DNA from: Bacteroidales bacterium | GTDB taxonomy: Bacteria > Bacteroidota > Bacteroidia > Bacteroidales > UBA932 | Length of the DNA stretch: 64,000 nt | Direction of reading: 5' to 3' | NCBI GenBank assembly: GCA_022777585.1 | Contig: JALFFZ010000054.1 | Span: forward strand, 6,004-70,003 | Shown: positions 36,383 through 45,638 of the stretch, one piece after another | Layout: every line of letters begins with the position of its first letter | How positions within the stretch are numbered: position 1 is the first letter of the stretch | Notes under the pieces: model-generated | Databases searched by the model: none | The model's input: only the letters and a program-made list of their open reading frames with translations | Told to the model about the DNA's origin: nothing | Made by a program: the position numbers and the translations under genes

Positions 36383-39289
36383 TTACATCATATTCCACAT
36401 TGCATTCTGCACCTTGGCGTTCTTGGCGGAATTCATCTTGCCGAAGTTGAACGATACCGAGGCGAGGAAGAATCTGCCGAGAATCTTGGAATATACGTCC
36501 TCGGAGTACTCGTAGTTGCTGCTGCGGCGGAGATTGCGGGTCTGGTTCAGTACATCATTGACGCTCAATGAAAGGGTGAACTTCTTGATGGTCTTGGCGG
36601 CCTTGATGTTCCAGTTCCATTCCGGGGAGCCGAATCCGTTCGAGTAGCCCCTGTAGAAATTGTAGCTCAGGTCTGTCTTGAACTCCCACCCACGGCCTGG
36701 CTGATACATTGCGTTGAAGGTCGGCTTGAAATCCCAGGTCGAAAGATTTGACGACTTGTTCAAGGAGTATCTGGAGACGGCATTGGCGGCACTCATCCCG
36801 ATGCTCAGGTCCAGTTTGTCAATGCTGTATTTCAGGCTGGCGGAGGCCGACCATCTCAGCGTTGTTGAACGGCTTTGGGAGAAACCGCTGTCCCCGCTGT
36901 AGAATTTGTCACCCTTGGAATTCCCGTAGAAGCCGGCGATGAAATCGTAGTAGTTGAAACTTTCTGTATCCAGGCCGGGCAGCCTGGATGCGGCATGATA
37001 GGACGTTGTGCTGTTGTATGAGGCACGACCATAAAGAGTTATTGAGAAATGTTTCGTCTCGCCGAAGACCCTGTTGAATGTCGGGTTCAGGGATATGGAC
37101 AATGATGGTTTTTTCGCATTGACAGGAACTGAATATCGTATTCCGGAATCATCGAACCACGAAGCCTCCACCTCATCCCTGCTGGACAAGTTCGCATATC
37201 CGTATATCCTGAAGAAAGTGAATTTCTCCCGGTTGTTGAAGCTGTATGCCAGGTTGAGGAAATGACTGAAAGATGGCTTGAGATAGATGTTTCCGGTCCT
37301 GATTATCACCGGGTTGGTGATGTCGAGAACCGGTTTCAGGCTTGAACTCTGTACCTGTCTTCCGTTACCGGAATAGTACAGGCTGAAATTGTTATTGCCT
37401 GCATTGTACCTGTAGTTCAGGAAAGGGGCAAGGTCCACCTGCCAGTCTCCCTTCCCGGTCTCGCTGACCGTTCCGAGGGACTTGGACACCGTCTCGTTCT
37501 TGAAAACCTCACAGGAGAGGCCGAACTGAACGTCGGTAGTGTCATTCTTGTACTGCATAAGCAGCTGACCCTCTCCCTTGAGATATCTGTTGTCCGTCTG
37601 GGAGGAGTAGTAATCGTCAGCCACGCCCTCCGGGGAGAATGCGTCCTGACTGTCAGTGCGGGAAAGATAGTTGCCCATGAAGGACAATCTCAGCTTCCAT
37701 CTGTTTCCGAACGGCTCCACATAGGCCAGTCTTCCGTAGCAACTCACATAATCATTGTCAATGTCGTATGTCAGATTCTTGATTTCCTGGAAGTTTGAGG
37801 TAATGGTCCGGGTATTCTCAGTCCTGTTTCCAGTGTCGAAGCGGATGTCATAGCCTGCATTGAAAGACAGGGAGCGGTCCTTCTTGCCCAAGTCTTTTAT
37901 TCCGGTGCTGATGTCGCTGAGCGAAGTGAATGATTTCAACGTATTGAATGTGTTGGAAGACGAGCTGTTCAGCTGGTTTCCGATGGCATCATCTGTCTCC
38001 GAGGTCTGGCTGTTGGCCCTGTAACCGTCAGTGTATGAGAAGGATGTGTTGAAATTGACGTAGGCTTTCTTGCGCTTTATGTTCTTGATGCCGAAGTTGA
38101 CCGTCAAGCCATCCTCCTGGCCTTCAACAAGGTTGGTGGACTGTGTAAAAAGGTCCTGGCCGGACGGCTGCCAGGATGTGCGGAATCTGGTCGAAGCCCC
38201 GTCCTTGCCCTGATGTTTGTATGAGACGGACGCATCAGTCTCGCAGCCCCGGATCCGGTCGGTATTGTAATTCGCACCGAAGAGTCGGGACGTAGTCAGG
38301 CCGCTCGCATTGGAAAGCAATCCGTTCATCTGGCTTTCGTTCCTGAATATGTATATCTGTCCTGAACCGCTCTCTTCAGCATTCAAGGCGTTCGCAAGGA
38401 TGACGACCTGGTCCTTTTCCCCGTAAGCCGAGACCATCGCATTGGCATTGTACAGGCCTCCGCGGCTGTCAATGAGAGGGTCATCGCTTTTTGGGGTCAA
38501 TGTCGAGCCGCCGCCGGCCTTGGCATTGCCGAACCAGCCTTTCTTGTATTCCTCCTTGAGCTCCACATCCATCACCTTCTCCTTGTCGTCCTTGCCGGAA
38601 ATGCCTGAGAAAGAGGCACTTTCCTTATCCTTGTCAATGACCCTGATTTTGTTCACTATCTTGGCAGGAAGGTTCTTGACTGCCAATGAGGGCTCATTGA
38701 AGAAGAATGTCCTGCCTCCAACCGTGATTTTGTCCACAGCTTCCCCGTTGACCTTCACGGAGCCGTCCTGGGCGACTTCCATCCCCGGCATTCTCTTCAG
38801 CAGGTCCTCCAGCATTGCATTTTCCCCGACCTTGAACGAGGATGCATTGTACTCAATAGTGTCTTTCTTGACGACAATGGGATTGCCCACGGCGGAGATT
38901 GTGGCCGCATCGATGTACTCCGGGTTTTCCTTCAGCTTGACGATGCCCAGGTCCGTCTGCCAGCCTTTCAGCGTATGTTCCTTCCTGTATGGCAGGTAGC
39001 CGATGAACTCGGCATTGACCTCATAGCGTCCCGCCGGGATGTCCTTTATTTTTACATTGCCCTTCTCGTCGGACAATGCGAAATTGGTAATGACAGTGTC
39101 GCCGGGATGCGTTAGATATACCGTGACCCAGGGCATCGGCTCATTCGTGGCCGCATCTTTCACTGTCAGCTTCAATTCGCCATTGGTATTGTTCACGATA
39201 ATGTCGTAGCTGAACTGGGCGGAGGATTTGACTGCGGGCAGAAGGAAGAGGATGATGACAGGAATCAATGCGAGTTTCGACAATCTCAT
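36383..39289 (-). CDS. Outer-membrane beta-barrel / TonB-dependent-receptor-like protein with carboxypeptidase-regulatory-like N-domain
   Basis: Signal peptide; KKDTIEYNA, EDLLKRMPG, KGWFGN; C-terminal NDVLNQ..GRFFLASVSFNFGK. Confidence 0.85.
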   Translation of the reverse strand: MRLSKLALIPVIILFLLPAVKSSAQFSYDIIVNNTNGELKLTVKDAATNEPMPWVTVYLTHPGDTVITNFALSDEKGNVKIKDIPAGRYEVNAEFIGYLPYRKEHTLKGWQTDLGIVKLKENPEYIDAATISAVGNPIVVKKDTIEYNASSFKVGENAMLEDLLKRMPGMEVAQDGSVKVNGEAVDKITVGGRTFFFNEPSLAVKNLPAKIVNKIRVIDKDKESASFSGISGKDDKEKVMDVELKEEYKKGWFGNAKAGGGSTLTPKSDDPLIDSRGGLYNANAMVSAYGEKDQVVILANALNAEESGSGQIYIFRNESQMNGLLSNASGLTTSRLFGANYNTDRIRGCETDASVSYKHQGKDGASTRFRTSWQPSGQDLFTQSTNLVEGQEDGLTVNFGIKNIKRKKAYVNFNTSFSYTDGYRANSQTSETDDAIGNQLNSSSSNTFNTLKSFTSLSDISTGIKDLGKKDRSLSFNAGYDIRFDTGNRTENTRTITSNFQEIKNLTYDIDNDYVSCYGRLAYVEPFGNRWKLRLSFMGNYLSRTDSQDAFSPEGVADDYYSSQTDNRYLKGEGQLLMQYKNDTTDVQFGLSCEVFKNETVSKSLGTVSETGKGDWQVDLAPFLNYRYNAGNNNFSLYYSGNGRQVQSSSLKPVLDITNPVIIRTGNIYLKPSFSHFLNLAYSFNNREKFTFFRIYGYANLSSRDEVEASWFDDSGIRYSVPVNAKKPSLSISLNPTFNRVFGETKHFSITLYGRASYNSTTSYHAASRLPGLDTESFNYYDFIAGFYGNSKGDKFYSGDSGFSQSRSTTLRWSASASLKYSIDKLDLSIGMSAANAVSRYSLNKSSNLSTWDFKPTFNAMYQPGRGWEFKTDLSYNFYRGYSNGFGSPEWNWNIKAAKTIKKFTLSLSVNDVLNQTRNLRRSSNYEYSEDVYSKILGRFFLASVSFNFGKMNSAKNAKVQNAMWNMM

Positions 39290-40131
39290 TTCGACCCCCT
39301 TTTTGCCAGCTCCGCCAGCTCCAGGTCTGCCACAATCTTGTCGATGATGTGACGGACAATGTCGAACATCCTGCTGCCTGACTCGTAGTTGGCAGGCGCG
39401 ATAAAGTTGACCCTGCCCTGACGCTTGAGTTTCTCGGCACCGGCCTTCTTTTTCTTGTTCTCAGGGTTATAGACTGCGATTGAATGCCCGCCGAACATAT
39501 TGACAATTTTCATGCAGGGCACGTCCGTCTCCCCGTCCCCTACGTATATCATCTGGGTGAACGGGATTCTCTTCTTGTCCTCGGATACGCTCTCATTGAC
39601 CTTGGCGGCATCCCTTGAACTGAAGATGCCCTTGTTTATCTTGAACATGAACTGGGTCTTAGCAGTATAGTCCACCGCTATGCCCGGCCATTCCGCCTCG
39701 CCCGCCTCATTGTAGATGAACGAGCTGGCGAAGATGTGCTTGAACTTGTTCGCAATAGGGGAGCCCTCGATGATTTCCTTCAGCCCTGATGAATTGATAT
39801 AATGCTCCACCTTGACCCCTCTCATCTCCCCGTAGAGATTGATCAGCCTGAACCATTGCTCCACGCCCGGGAAGAGCTCGATTCCGGTGCCGAACATTTT
39901 CAGCTCATCCCGTTTCAGGCACATTCCCTTGGCCCTTGCCTCGTCGAACATCAGCTTCATGTAAGCCAATATGTTGCTGGCATCCTGCCCCTTGGCGATA
40001 CCGTCGCTCATTTCCCAGAATTCAGCCGGCGTCTTGCCGATTGCCTGGATGAATCCGAATTCCTGCATGTTGCCGGGGGAGAGGGTTCCGTCGAAGTCGT
40101 AGATCAATGCTACTATGGGTTTGCGTTTCAT
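39286..40131 (-). CDS. HAD-superfamily hydrolase
   Basis: YDFDGTL, INSSG, K, YVGDGETD; ATGA overlap with the barrel gene. Confidence 0.9.
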   Translation of the reverse strand: MKRKPIVALIYDFDGTLSPGNMQEFGFIQAIGKTPAEFWEMSDGIAKGQDASNILAYMKLMFDEARAKGMCLKRDELKMFGTGIELFPGVEQWFRLINLYGEMRGVKVEHYINSSGLKEIIEGSPIANKFKHIFASSFIYNEAGEAEWPGIAVDYTAKTQFMFKINKGIFSSRDAAKVNESVSEDKKRIPFTQMIYVGDGETDVPCMKIVNMFGGHSIAVYNPENKKKKAGAEKLKRQGRVNFIAPANYESGSRMFDIVRHIIDKIVADLELAELAKRGSK

Positions 40132-40178
40132 AAGGTCTTATGTATATCAATCAAGTAAGGCCCTTCGAGGACCAACCG

Positions 40179-40186
40179 CAAATATA
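40179..40186 (-). promoter_or_regulatory. -7 box TATATTTG for the HAD-barrel operon
   Basis: CAAATATA on + strand, 47 nt upstream of the HAD start. Confidence 0.6.
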
Positions 40187-40249
40187 TGAAATGCAGTGGG
40201 TATTTCCAAGTTGCTGATATTCAAAAAGGTCCTCTTGACCCGTGAACAG

Positions 40250-40284
40250 TCATCCCGGGCAGGAATGAACCTTACCCGGGATGA
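40250..40284 (-). terminator. Stem-loop ending the EEP PUL operon
   Basis: TCATCCCGGG / CCCGGGATGA inverted repeat about 20 nt after the last stop; U-tract is weak. Confidence 0.55.
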
Positions 40285-40306
40285 TGCATAAGCTGTTATG
40301 TCCAGA

Positions 40307-41101
40307 TTACCATTCAATGACCGCCATTACCGGCAGGTGGTCGGATGCGATGGTCACGTCTCCGGTTTTGAACTCGGTTGGGACTCTTGTCTCAATCACA
40401 TTGCATTTTGCTGTACCGTTCAACAGCATTATGTAGTCAATGCAGAGATGCGGTCTGGTAGCTGAAATCGTATAGTCCTGGGCTGAGAGTATAGTCCAGT
40501 CCTTCCTGTACTCGTTCATGGTTTCGGAATCAGGAGCCGCATTCATATCGCCGCAGAGGAACACCGGCTTGCCGCATTTCGCATAATGCTCCTTAATCCA
40601 GGAAGTAGCGGCAATCGCCTGGTTCAACTGGTCCTCCTTTGATGTATGGTCCAGATGCGTGGACGCGAAGATGAAGTCGTTGAACTCCGCCACAGCCAGC
40701 ACTCGCTGTTCCCTGCTGTTTTCACGAGGCAGAAAGACCTTGTGGAAATCAAGGATTCCGAGCTCCGGATTGGATGCGATTCCTATTCCATACCTGCCGC
40801 CATCATGGTCAATTGATGAAGCATAGCGGTAATTCCATCCTCCGAGTTCACGTGCAAGTGAATCCAGCTGGTATTCATTTCCGGTCCTTACCGTACAACT
40901 GTCCAACTCGTTCAATGACAGGACCTCTGCCCCAAGCTCGTTCATCATATCGGCCACCATTCTGATGGTGTTGGTGTCGGCCTTGTGGAATACGCCTACA
41001 TTGTATGTGACTATTCTCAGACTATGTTTCTTACTGGAACTGCAGGCACCTGCAAGCAGTGCGGCAGCCAGAAGGAAGGACAATTTGATATATTTGTTCA
41101 T
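40307..41101 (-). CDS. EEP-family phosphoesterase lipoprotein
   Basis: Lipobox AGAC; TYNV, LNELD, STHLD, CGDMN, CIDYI, ASDHLPV. Confidence 0.9.
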   Translation of the reverse strand: MNKYIKLSFLLAAALLAGACSSSKKHSLRIVTYNVGVFHKADTNTIRMVADMMNELGAEVLSLNELDSCTVRTGNEYQLDSLARELGGWNYRYASSIDHDGGRYGIGIASNPELGILDFHKVFLPRENSREQRVLAVAEFNDFIFASTHLDHTSKEDQLNQAIAATSWIKEHYAKCGKPVFLCGDMNAAPDSETMNEYRKDWTILSAQDYTISATRPHLCIDYIMLLNGTAKCNVIETRVPTEFKTGDVTIASDHLPVMAVIEW

Positions 41102-41103
41102 GG

Positions 41104-42531
41104 CTATTTGTTTACAATGACTTTCTTGTTTGACAGACGGCTCTTTTCTGCACGGAAGCCCATTACGTGGCTCTCAATCGAGGCGTCGATATTGCTTGTG
41201 AGTCTGGACTCGTCATGTGCATCAACCGCCTCGAGGAAGTCGCAGACGAGAGCCATGTCTCCGCCACCGTGACCGGAACCCTTATACTCCGGAATGTCGG
41301 ACAAGTTCTTGTTCCATACGATTTTCTTGTTCGAACGGAACTCATATACAGTGAATTCCGAGCCGTTGCCTTCAATGTATCCGGTGCTTCCCATCACCCT
41401 TGTGCGACGCCCGCCGTAAGGAGTGAAGGCCTCCATCGAGAATGAGGCGGTAGTCCCGTCCTCGAACACCATCTCGCTCACGAAATGGTCAGGCTGGTCG
41501 TTGTCGCAGTGATATACGCATCTTCCCCACTCATTGTTCGGGTCGGAAATCTTGGCCATGATCTCATTCTCATCCTTAGGGTTCTTCAGGTCGAATACTC
41601 CGAGATGAGCCTTGCGTCTTACATAGACGTCAATTGCAGAGAAAGGACAGGTCTTCTCGTGAGGACAGCCGTCAGTGCAGCGCAGTGGTGCTCCCTCAGG
41701 CGCGTTCTCCTTTCTGAACCAGGTAAGCGAGCCGTCCGCCACAATGCTCCTGCAAGGCTTGCCCACGAACCAGCGGAGAATGTCCAGGTCGTGGCAACTC
41801 TTGGCGAGGATAATCGGGGTGGTCTTCTTGGAGTCCCTCCAGTTGCCCCTCACGTATGAATGGGCCATGTGTCGGCACTCTATAGGCTCCATGTGCTGGA
41901 TGCTTATGAGCTTGCCAATCATTCCGGTATGGATTGCCTGATACATTGCCCTGAAATACGGGCTGTAGCGGAGAACGTGGCATACGGCGACGATGCCGCC
42001 ATACTTGTGGGCCTGTGCGGCAATGTCGGTACACTCCTTTTCGCTCTGTGCCACCGGCTTCTCCAGAAGCACGTTGTAACCCATCTCCAATGCCTTCATT
42101 GCCGGCCCGTAATGAGTGTCATCCGGGGTTGATACCACTACGGCATCGGCGAATTTCGGCACTCTGAAGACCTCGCTCCAGTCCCCGAAACGATGTTCCT
42201 CCGGGATGTTGAAACTCTCACCCATTGCGACCTTGCGGCTTTCACGTATGTCTGATACACCAACGATTTTCATACATTCAGGGAAGGTCTTGGCATATCT
42301 TGCATATGTTCTTCCCCTGTTTCCGGCACCTATTATGACTACAGTCACGGGTCTGCTTACAGAGGCCTTCAATCCCTTCACCGGGAAATCCACTTCCGGG
42401 TCAGTTGCCATCAGGCTCTCGGCAGATACGCCCATGGCCTTGCCCGCAGCCTTCATCCCCTCCCCGCTCCCGAGGAAGGTTGCGCCGGCGGTAAGGACAC
42501 CGAGGCTGCGCAAAAAATCTTTTCTATCCAT
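41104..42531 (-). CDS. Gfo/Idh/MocA family NAD(P)-dependent oxidoreductase with Tat-like signal
   Basis: MDRKDFLR..; IGAGNRG, LLEKPV, VCHVLRY, HSYVRGNWR, AKSCHDLD, GHGGGD. Confidence 0.9.
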   Translation of the reverse strand: MDRKDFLRSLGVLTAGATFLGSGEGMKAAGKAMGVSAESLMATDPEVDFPVKGLKASVSRPVTVVIIGAGNRGRTYARYAKTFPECMKIVGVSDIRESRKVAMGESFNIPEEHRFGDWSEVFRVPKFADAVVVSTPDDTHYGPAMKALEMGYNVLLEKPVAQSEKECTDIAAQAHKYGGIVAVCHVLRYSPYFRAMYQAIHTGMIGKLISIQHMEPIECRHMAHSYVRGNWRDSKKTTPIILAKSCHDLDILRWFVGKPCRSIVADGSLTWFRKENAPEGAPLRCTDGCPHEKTCPFSAIDVYVRRKAHLGVFDLKNPKDENEIMAKISDPNNEWGRCVYHCDNDQPDHFVSEMVFEDGTTASFSMEAFTPYGGRRTRVMGSTGYIEGNGSEFTVYEFRSNKKIVWNKNLSDIPEYKGSGHGGGDMALVCDFLEAVDAHDESRLTSNIDASIESHVMGFRAEKSRLSNKKVIVNK

Positions 42532-42570
42532 AATTAATTGTGTTTAAGAAGTTTATATTCATAGTTCCGC

Positions 42571-44715
42571 TTATTTCAGCAGAGGTATGTCTCCGGAGAA
42601 ATCCCAGACGGAGTCAGGCCATCCGAGCATCTTTGCCACAGATGTAAGTGTCGCATCCTTGTCAGCTGCTTTTCCGTGATAGGCAAACTTGTATGATGAC
42701 GGAATTGTTCCCTCAAGAGGGGCGCTTGGAGATACATCTGACTGGTCTGTAAGTGTAACACCACCATAATCAATGAATTCCATATCTGCACGCCTGTAGT
42801 TCGAGCGCAATGTGTTCAAAGCTGAGCTGGCTCCGATGATCGCCCCTGAACTCCAGCTAGTAGGATTGTTACCGTTCTGGACAGTCTTGTTCCAGGCGAT
42901 GCAGTATTCCATCGTGAAATCTATGGACAGAGTCTGTGCATCGTTTCCTGAAGAGCCTGTCTTGGCCATGGCGATAAGTCCTCCGCAAGTGACATATGTA
43001 CCTGTAAGAATCACGTTTCCTGAAGCGTAGCACCTTCTGATGACATCTCCTGTAGATTTTTCAACAACACCTACAAGACCGCCGTACATCCTGGCCTTGC
43101 CCTGTGACGTGAGGTTTCCGGAAGCATAGCAGTCCTCAACGAGAGAATGACCTGTCGCCCCCTTGGTGTCCATATTGCCGATGAGACCTCCCACGTGGTT
43201 CTTGCCGTCAACAGATGTTACATCACCGGTTGCATAGCATTTCTGGACTGTGAGGTTTCCGTTTTCCCCTCCGCCGAGAAGACCGCCTGCATAATTGCCT
43301 CCGGAGCTGATATTGCCAGTAGCGTAAGAGTGGATTATGGTGGCACCGGTAGCCTGTCCTACAAGACCTCCGTTGAAGTTACCCTTGCCGGTGATGTTAC
43401 CGGTAGCATGGCAGTCGGTAATGACTGTGGCAGGGTTGGCATATCCGAGAAGTCCTCCGGTATTGTTTCCGAACGAATTGACAGCCACGTCAGCGGAACA
43501 GTCCGTAAGCGTGCAGCCTTCGACCTGCGCATATCCAAGGATGCCGGCAGTAGAATGGTGACCGACAAGCGAACCTGATGTGTGACAGTTTGTGAAGACT
43601 GATGGTGCGAGAGATGCCGTTCCGACGATTCCTCCCACCTGACTTACCGCTGCGTTATTGTTGTCAGCGTCAGCCACAACCAGTTCCACATCAATGTTGT
43701 TGAAAGTGGCATTGTATGCCGTGCCGGCAATGCCGCCGAGCATATTGCCTTTACCGTTGGTGCCCGATGAATTCACCTGGAGGCCTTTGACCCTGATGTC
43801 GGATATTTCAGTTGCCTTTTCAGGAGCCTCGCTGTTTCCGATGCATGCGGCCAGGAGTCCGGCAGATGTAGTTCCTGTGGTAAGCACCGGATTCTCGAAT
43901 GTGAGATTCCTGACAGAACCTGTGAATATGCCGAATAAGCTCGGATATGTATCCGCAGAACAGTTGAAGCCCTTGATAGTCTTGCCGTTACCGTCAAAAT
44001 GAATCTCCGTTGAGTTTACTGAATTGACAGGTACCCAGTCCTCGTAATCCGACATGTCAATATCTTCCTCCAACCTGAAATATGTAGGCTTGCCGGCCTT
44101 CTGAGCTTTGGACATGCACAGGAAATCCGTCTGCGTGTAAATAAGATATGGGTCGTCGGCTGTTCCTGTTCCGTACTCGAATCCGGACTCAGGGAGCACT
44201 TTCCTGCGGAAGATGACATAGACAGTCCTGTCGTCGTCGCTCATGTCGAACTCGTGAGCGGATTCGCTCTTGATTTCTGCAATCGTAAGCGGCAGGAGAT
44301 ATGCTTTGCCGTCCTCCTGCATTCCCGCACTCTTCAATGTCAGTTCGGAAGTGGAGGACACGGTATTGTAACGAGGCAGGAAGAGCCTGTCCGTGGTGAT
44401 TTCGTATGCCTCTGCAGGCACGGCCTCGTATGATGTGCCGTGGGCCTGGTTGTATGACTCCACAAGAGACGGGTCAGCCTTGATAATGGCTGTGAGAAGC
44501 TCATCAGCGATGGCTCTGGCCTGGATCTGAAGTGTGAACGTCTTCTTTTTGGGAGCCATAAGCGCCACCTCTCCGTCCAAATCCCGGACAATCAGAGACA
44601 CGCTTGCAGGCGTATCAATCGGAGTAACTTTCTGATATGGATACTCCTTGTTGCAGGATACGGACATCAATGCCGCCAGTCCCGCACAGAACAGTATTTT
44701 TGAATAAGTGTTCAT
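42571..44715 (-). CDS. Surface lipoprotein: DUF1735-like domain + GLUG-repeat (beta-helix-like) domain
   Basis: Lipobox SVSC; LVESYNQAHGTSY..YLLPLTI; GTGTADDPYLI; repeated GGL[LVI]G..C[YH]A[TS]G[ND][VI]. Confidence 0.8.
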   Translation of the reverse strand: MNTYSKILFCAGLAALMSVSCNKEYPYQKVTPIDTPASVSLIVRDLDGEVALMAPKKKTFTLQIQARAIADELLTAIIKADPSLVESYNQAHGTSYEAVPAEAYEITTDRLFLPRYNTVSSTSELTLKSAGMQEDGKAYLLPLTIAEIKSESAHEFDMSDDDRTVYVIFRRKVLPESGFEYGTGTADDPYLIYTQTDFLCMSKAQKAGKPTYFRLEEDIDMSDYEDWVPVNSVNSTEIHFDGNGKTIKGFNCSADTYPSLFGIFTGSVRNLTFENPVLTTGTTSAGLLAACIGNSEAPEKATEISDIRVKGLQVNSSGTNGKGNMLGGIAGTAYNATFNNIDVELVVADADNNNAAVSQVGGIVGTASLAPSVFTNCHTSGSLVGHHSTAGILGYAQVEGCTLTDCSADVAVNSFGNNTGGLLGYANPATVITDCHATGNITGKGNFNGGLVGQATGATIIHSYATGNISSGGNYAGGLLGGGENGNLTVQKCYATGDVTSVDGKNHVGGLIGNMDTKGATGHSLVEDCYASGNLTSQGKARMYGGLVGVVEKSTGDVIRRCYASGNVILTGTYVTCGGLIAMAKTGSSGNDAQTLSIDFTMEYCIAWNKTVQNGNNPTSWSSGAIIGASSALNTLRSNYRRADMEFIDYGGVTLTDQSDVSPSAPLEGTIPSSYKFAYHGKAADKDATLTSVAKMLGWPDSVWDFSGDIPLLK

Positions 44716-44754
44716 CTCATTAAAGTTTGATAATATCCAATTTCATCGGCTGTG

Positions 44755-45636
44755 TCAAAATACCACATCCGCATATACGGGGAGATGGTCCGAAGCCTTC
44801 GTGACATCCCCGTTGTGAAATCTGGTCATGGTGTGAGTGCCTGTAACCTTTACAGATGCCGCGTCCCTGTATCTGAAAATGAAGTCGATACAGCTTGTCG
44901 GTGCATTGGACGGTATGGTGTTTTCAGTGGAGGACAGCATCTCCCATTTTGTAAGGATGGAGTTGATGGCTGCGGAACCCGGCCTGGAGTTCATATCTCC
45001 GCAGAAGAATACCGGCTTGGAACTGCCCTTGTACTTCTGTCCCCAGGCATGTACCACCTCAATCTGACCAAGAACGGACTCCTCCGAGGTGTGGTCAAGA
45101 TGGGCTGCCCCGAGAATATAGTCGGGAGTTTCCACAACTGCTATTGAACGCGGTTCTGAACCTGTGCCCTTGGGAAGTGCTATTGTATATGAATCTATGA
45201 TGTCCGTATTCCTGGGAACCACGACACCGTTTCCATAAGCACCGTCCTTGTAGGACATTGCTCGTCCGAATGTCCACTTCCAGCCATCGAGCGCGGCGGC
45301 AAGGGCCTTCACCTGGTTTACATTATGCCTGGTATTGCAACTGTCAAGCTCATTGAGTCCGACGACATCAGCCTCCGCCTCGAGTATCATTGCTGCCACC
45401 ATCTCAGTACTGTTGGACATATACTTCGAGAAGGCGCCTACATTGTATGACATTATCCTGACACTGCCCTCGGCCTTTGGATAATACACTGTGCCGTCAT
45501 TGTCCGGCTTGCCTTCATCCGGCTTGCTCCATTCCCAAGGGTCATCCGAATTGATATCCTTGCCATCGGTACCGCAAGCGGTGAATGCAAGCAGAAGCGC
45601 GGACAATATGTAGTAAACCTTTTTCATTGCTGTCAT
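44755..45636 (-). CDS. EEP-family phosphoesterase lipoprotein
   Basis: Lipobox FTAC; SYNV, LNELD, AHLD, CGDMN, CIDFIF, ASDHLPV; start 45636 or 45627. Confidence 0.9.
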   Translation of the reverse strand: MTAMKKVYYILSALLLAFTACGTDGKDINSDDPWEWSKPDEGKPDNDGTVYYPKAEGSVRIMSYNVGAFSKYMSNSTEMVAAMILEAEADVVGLNELDSCNTRHNVNQVKALAAALDGWKWTFGRAMSYKDGAYGNGVVVPRNTDIIDSYTIALPKGTGSEPRSIAVVETPDYILGAAHLDHTSEESVLGQIEVVHAWGQKYKGSSKPVFFCGDMNSRPGSAAINSILTKWEMLSSTENTIPSNAPTSCIDFIFRYRDAASVKVTGTHTMTRFHNGDVTKASDHLPVYADVVF

Positions 45637-45638
45637 AT

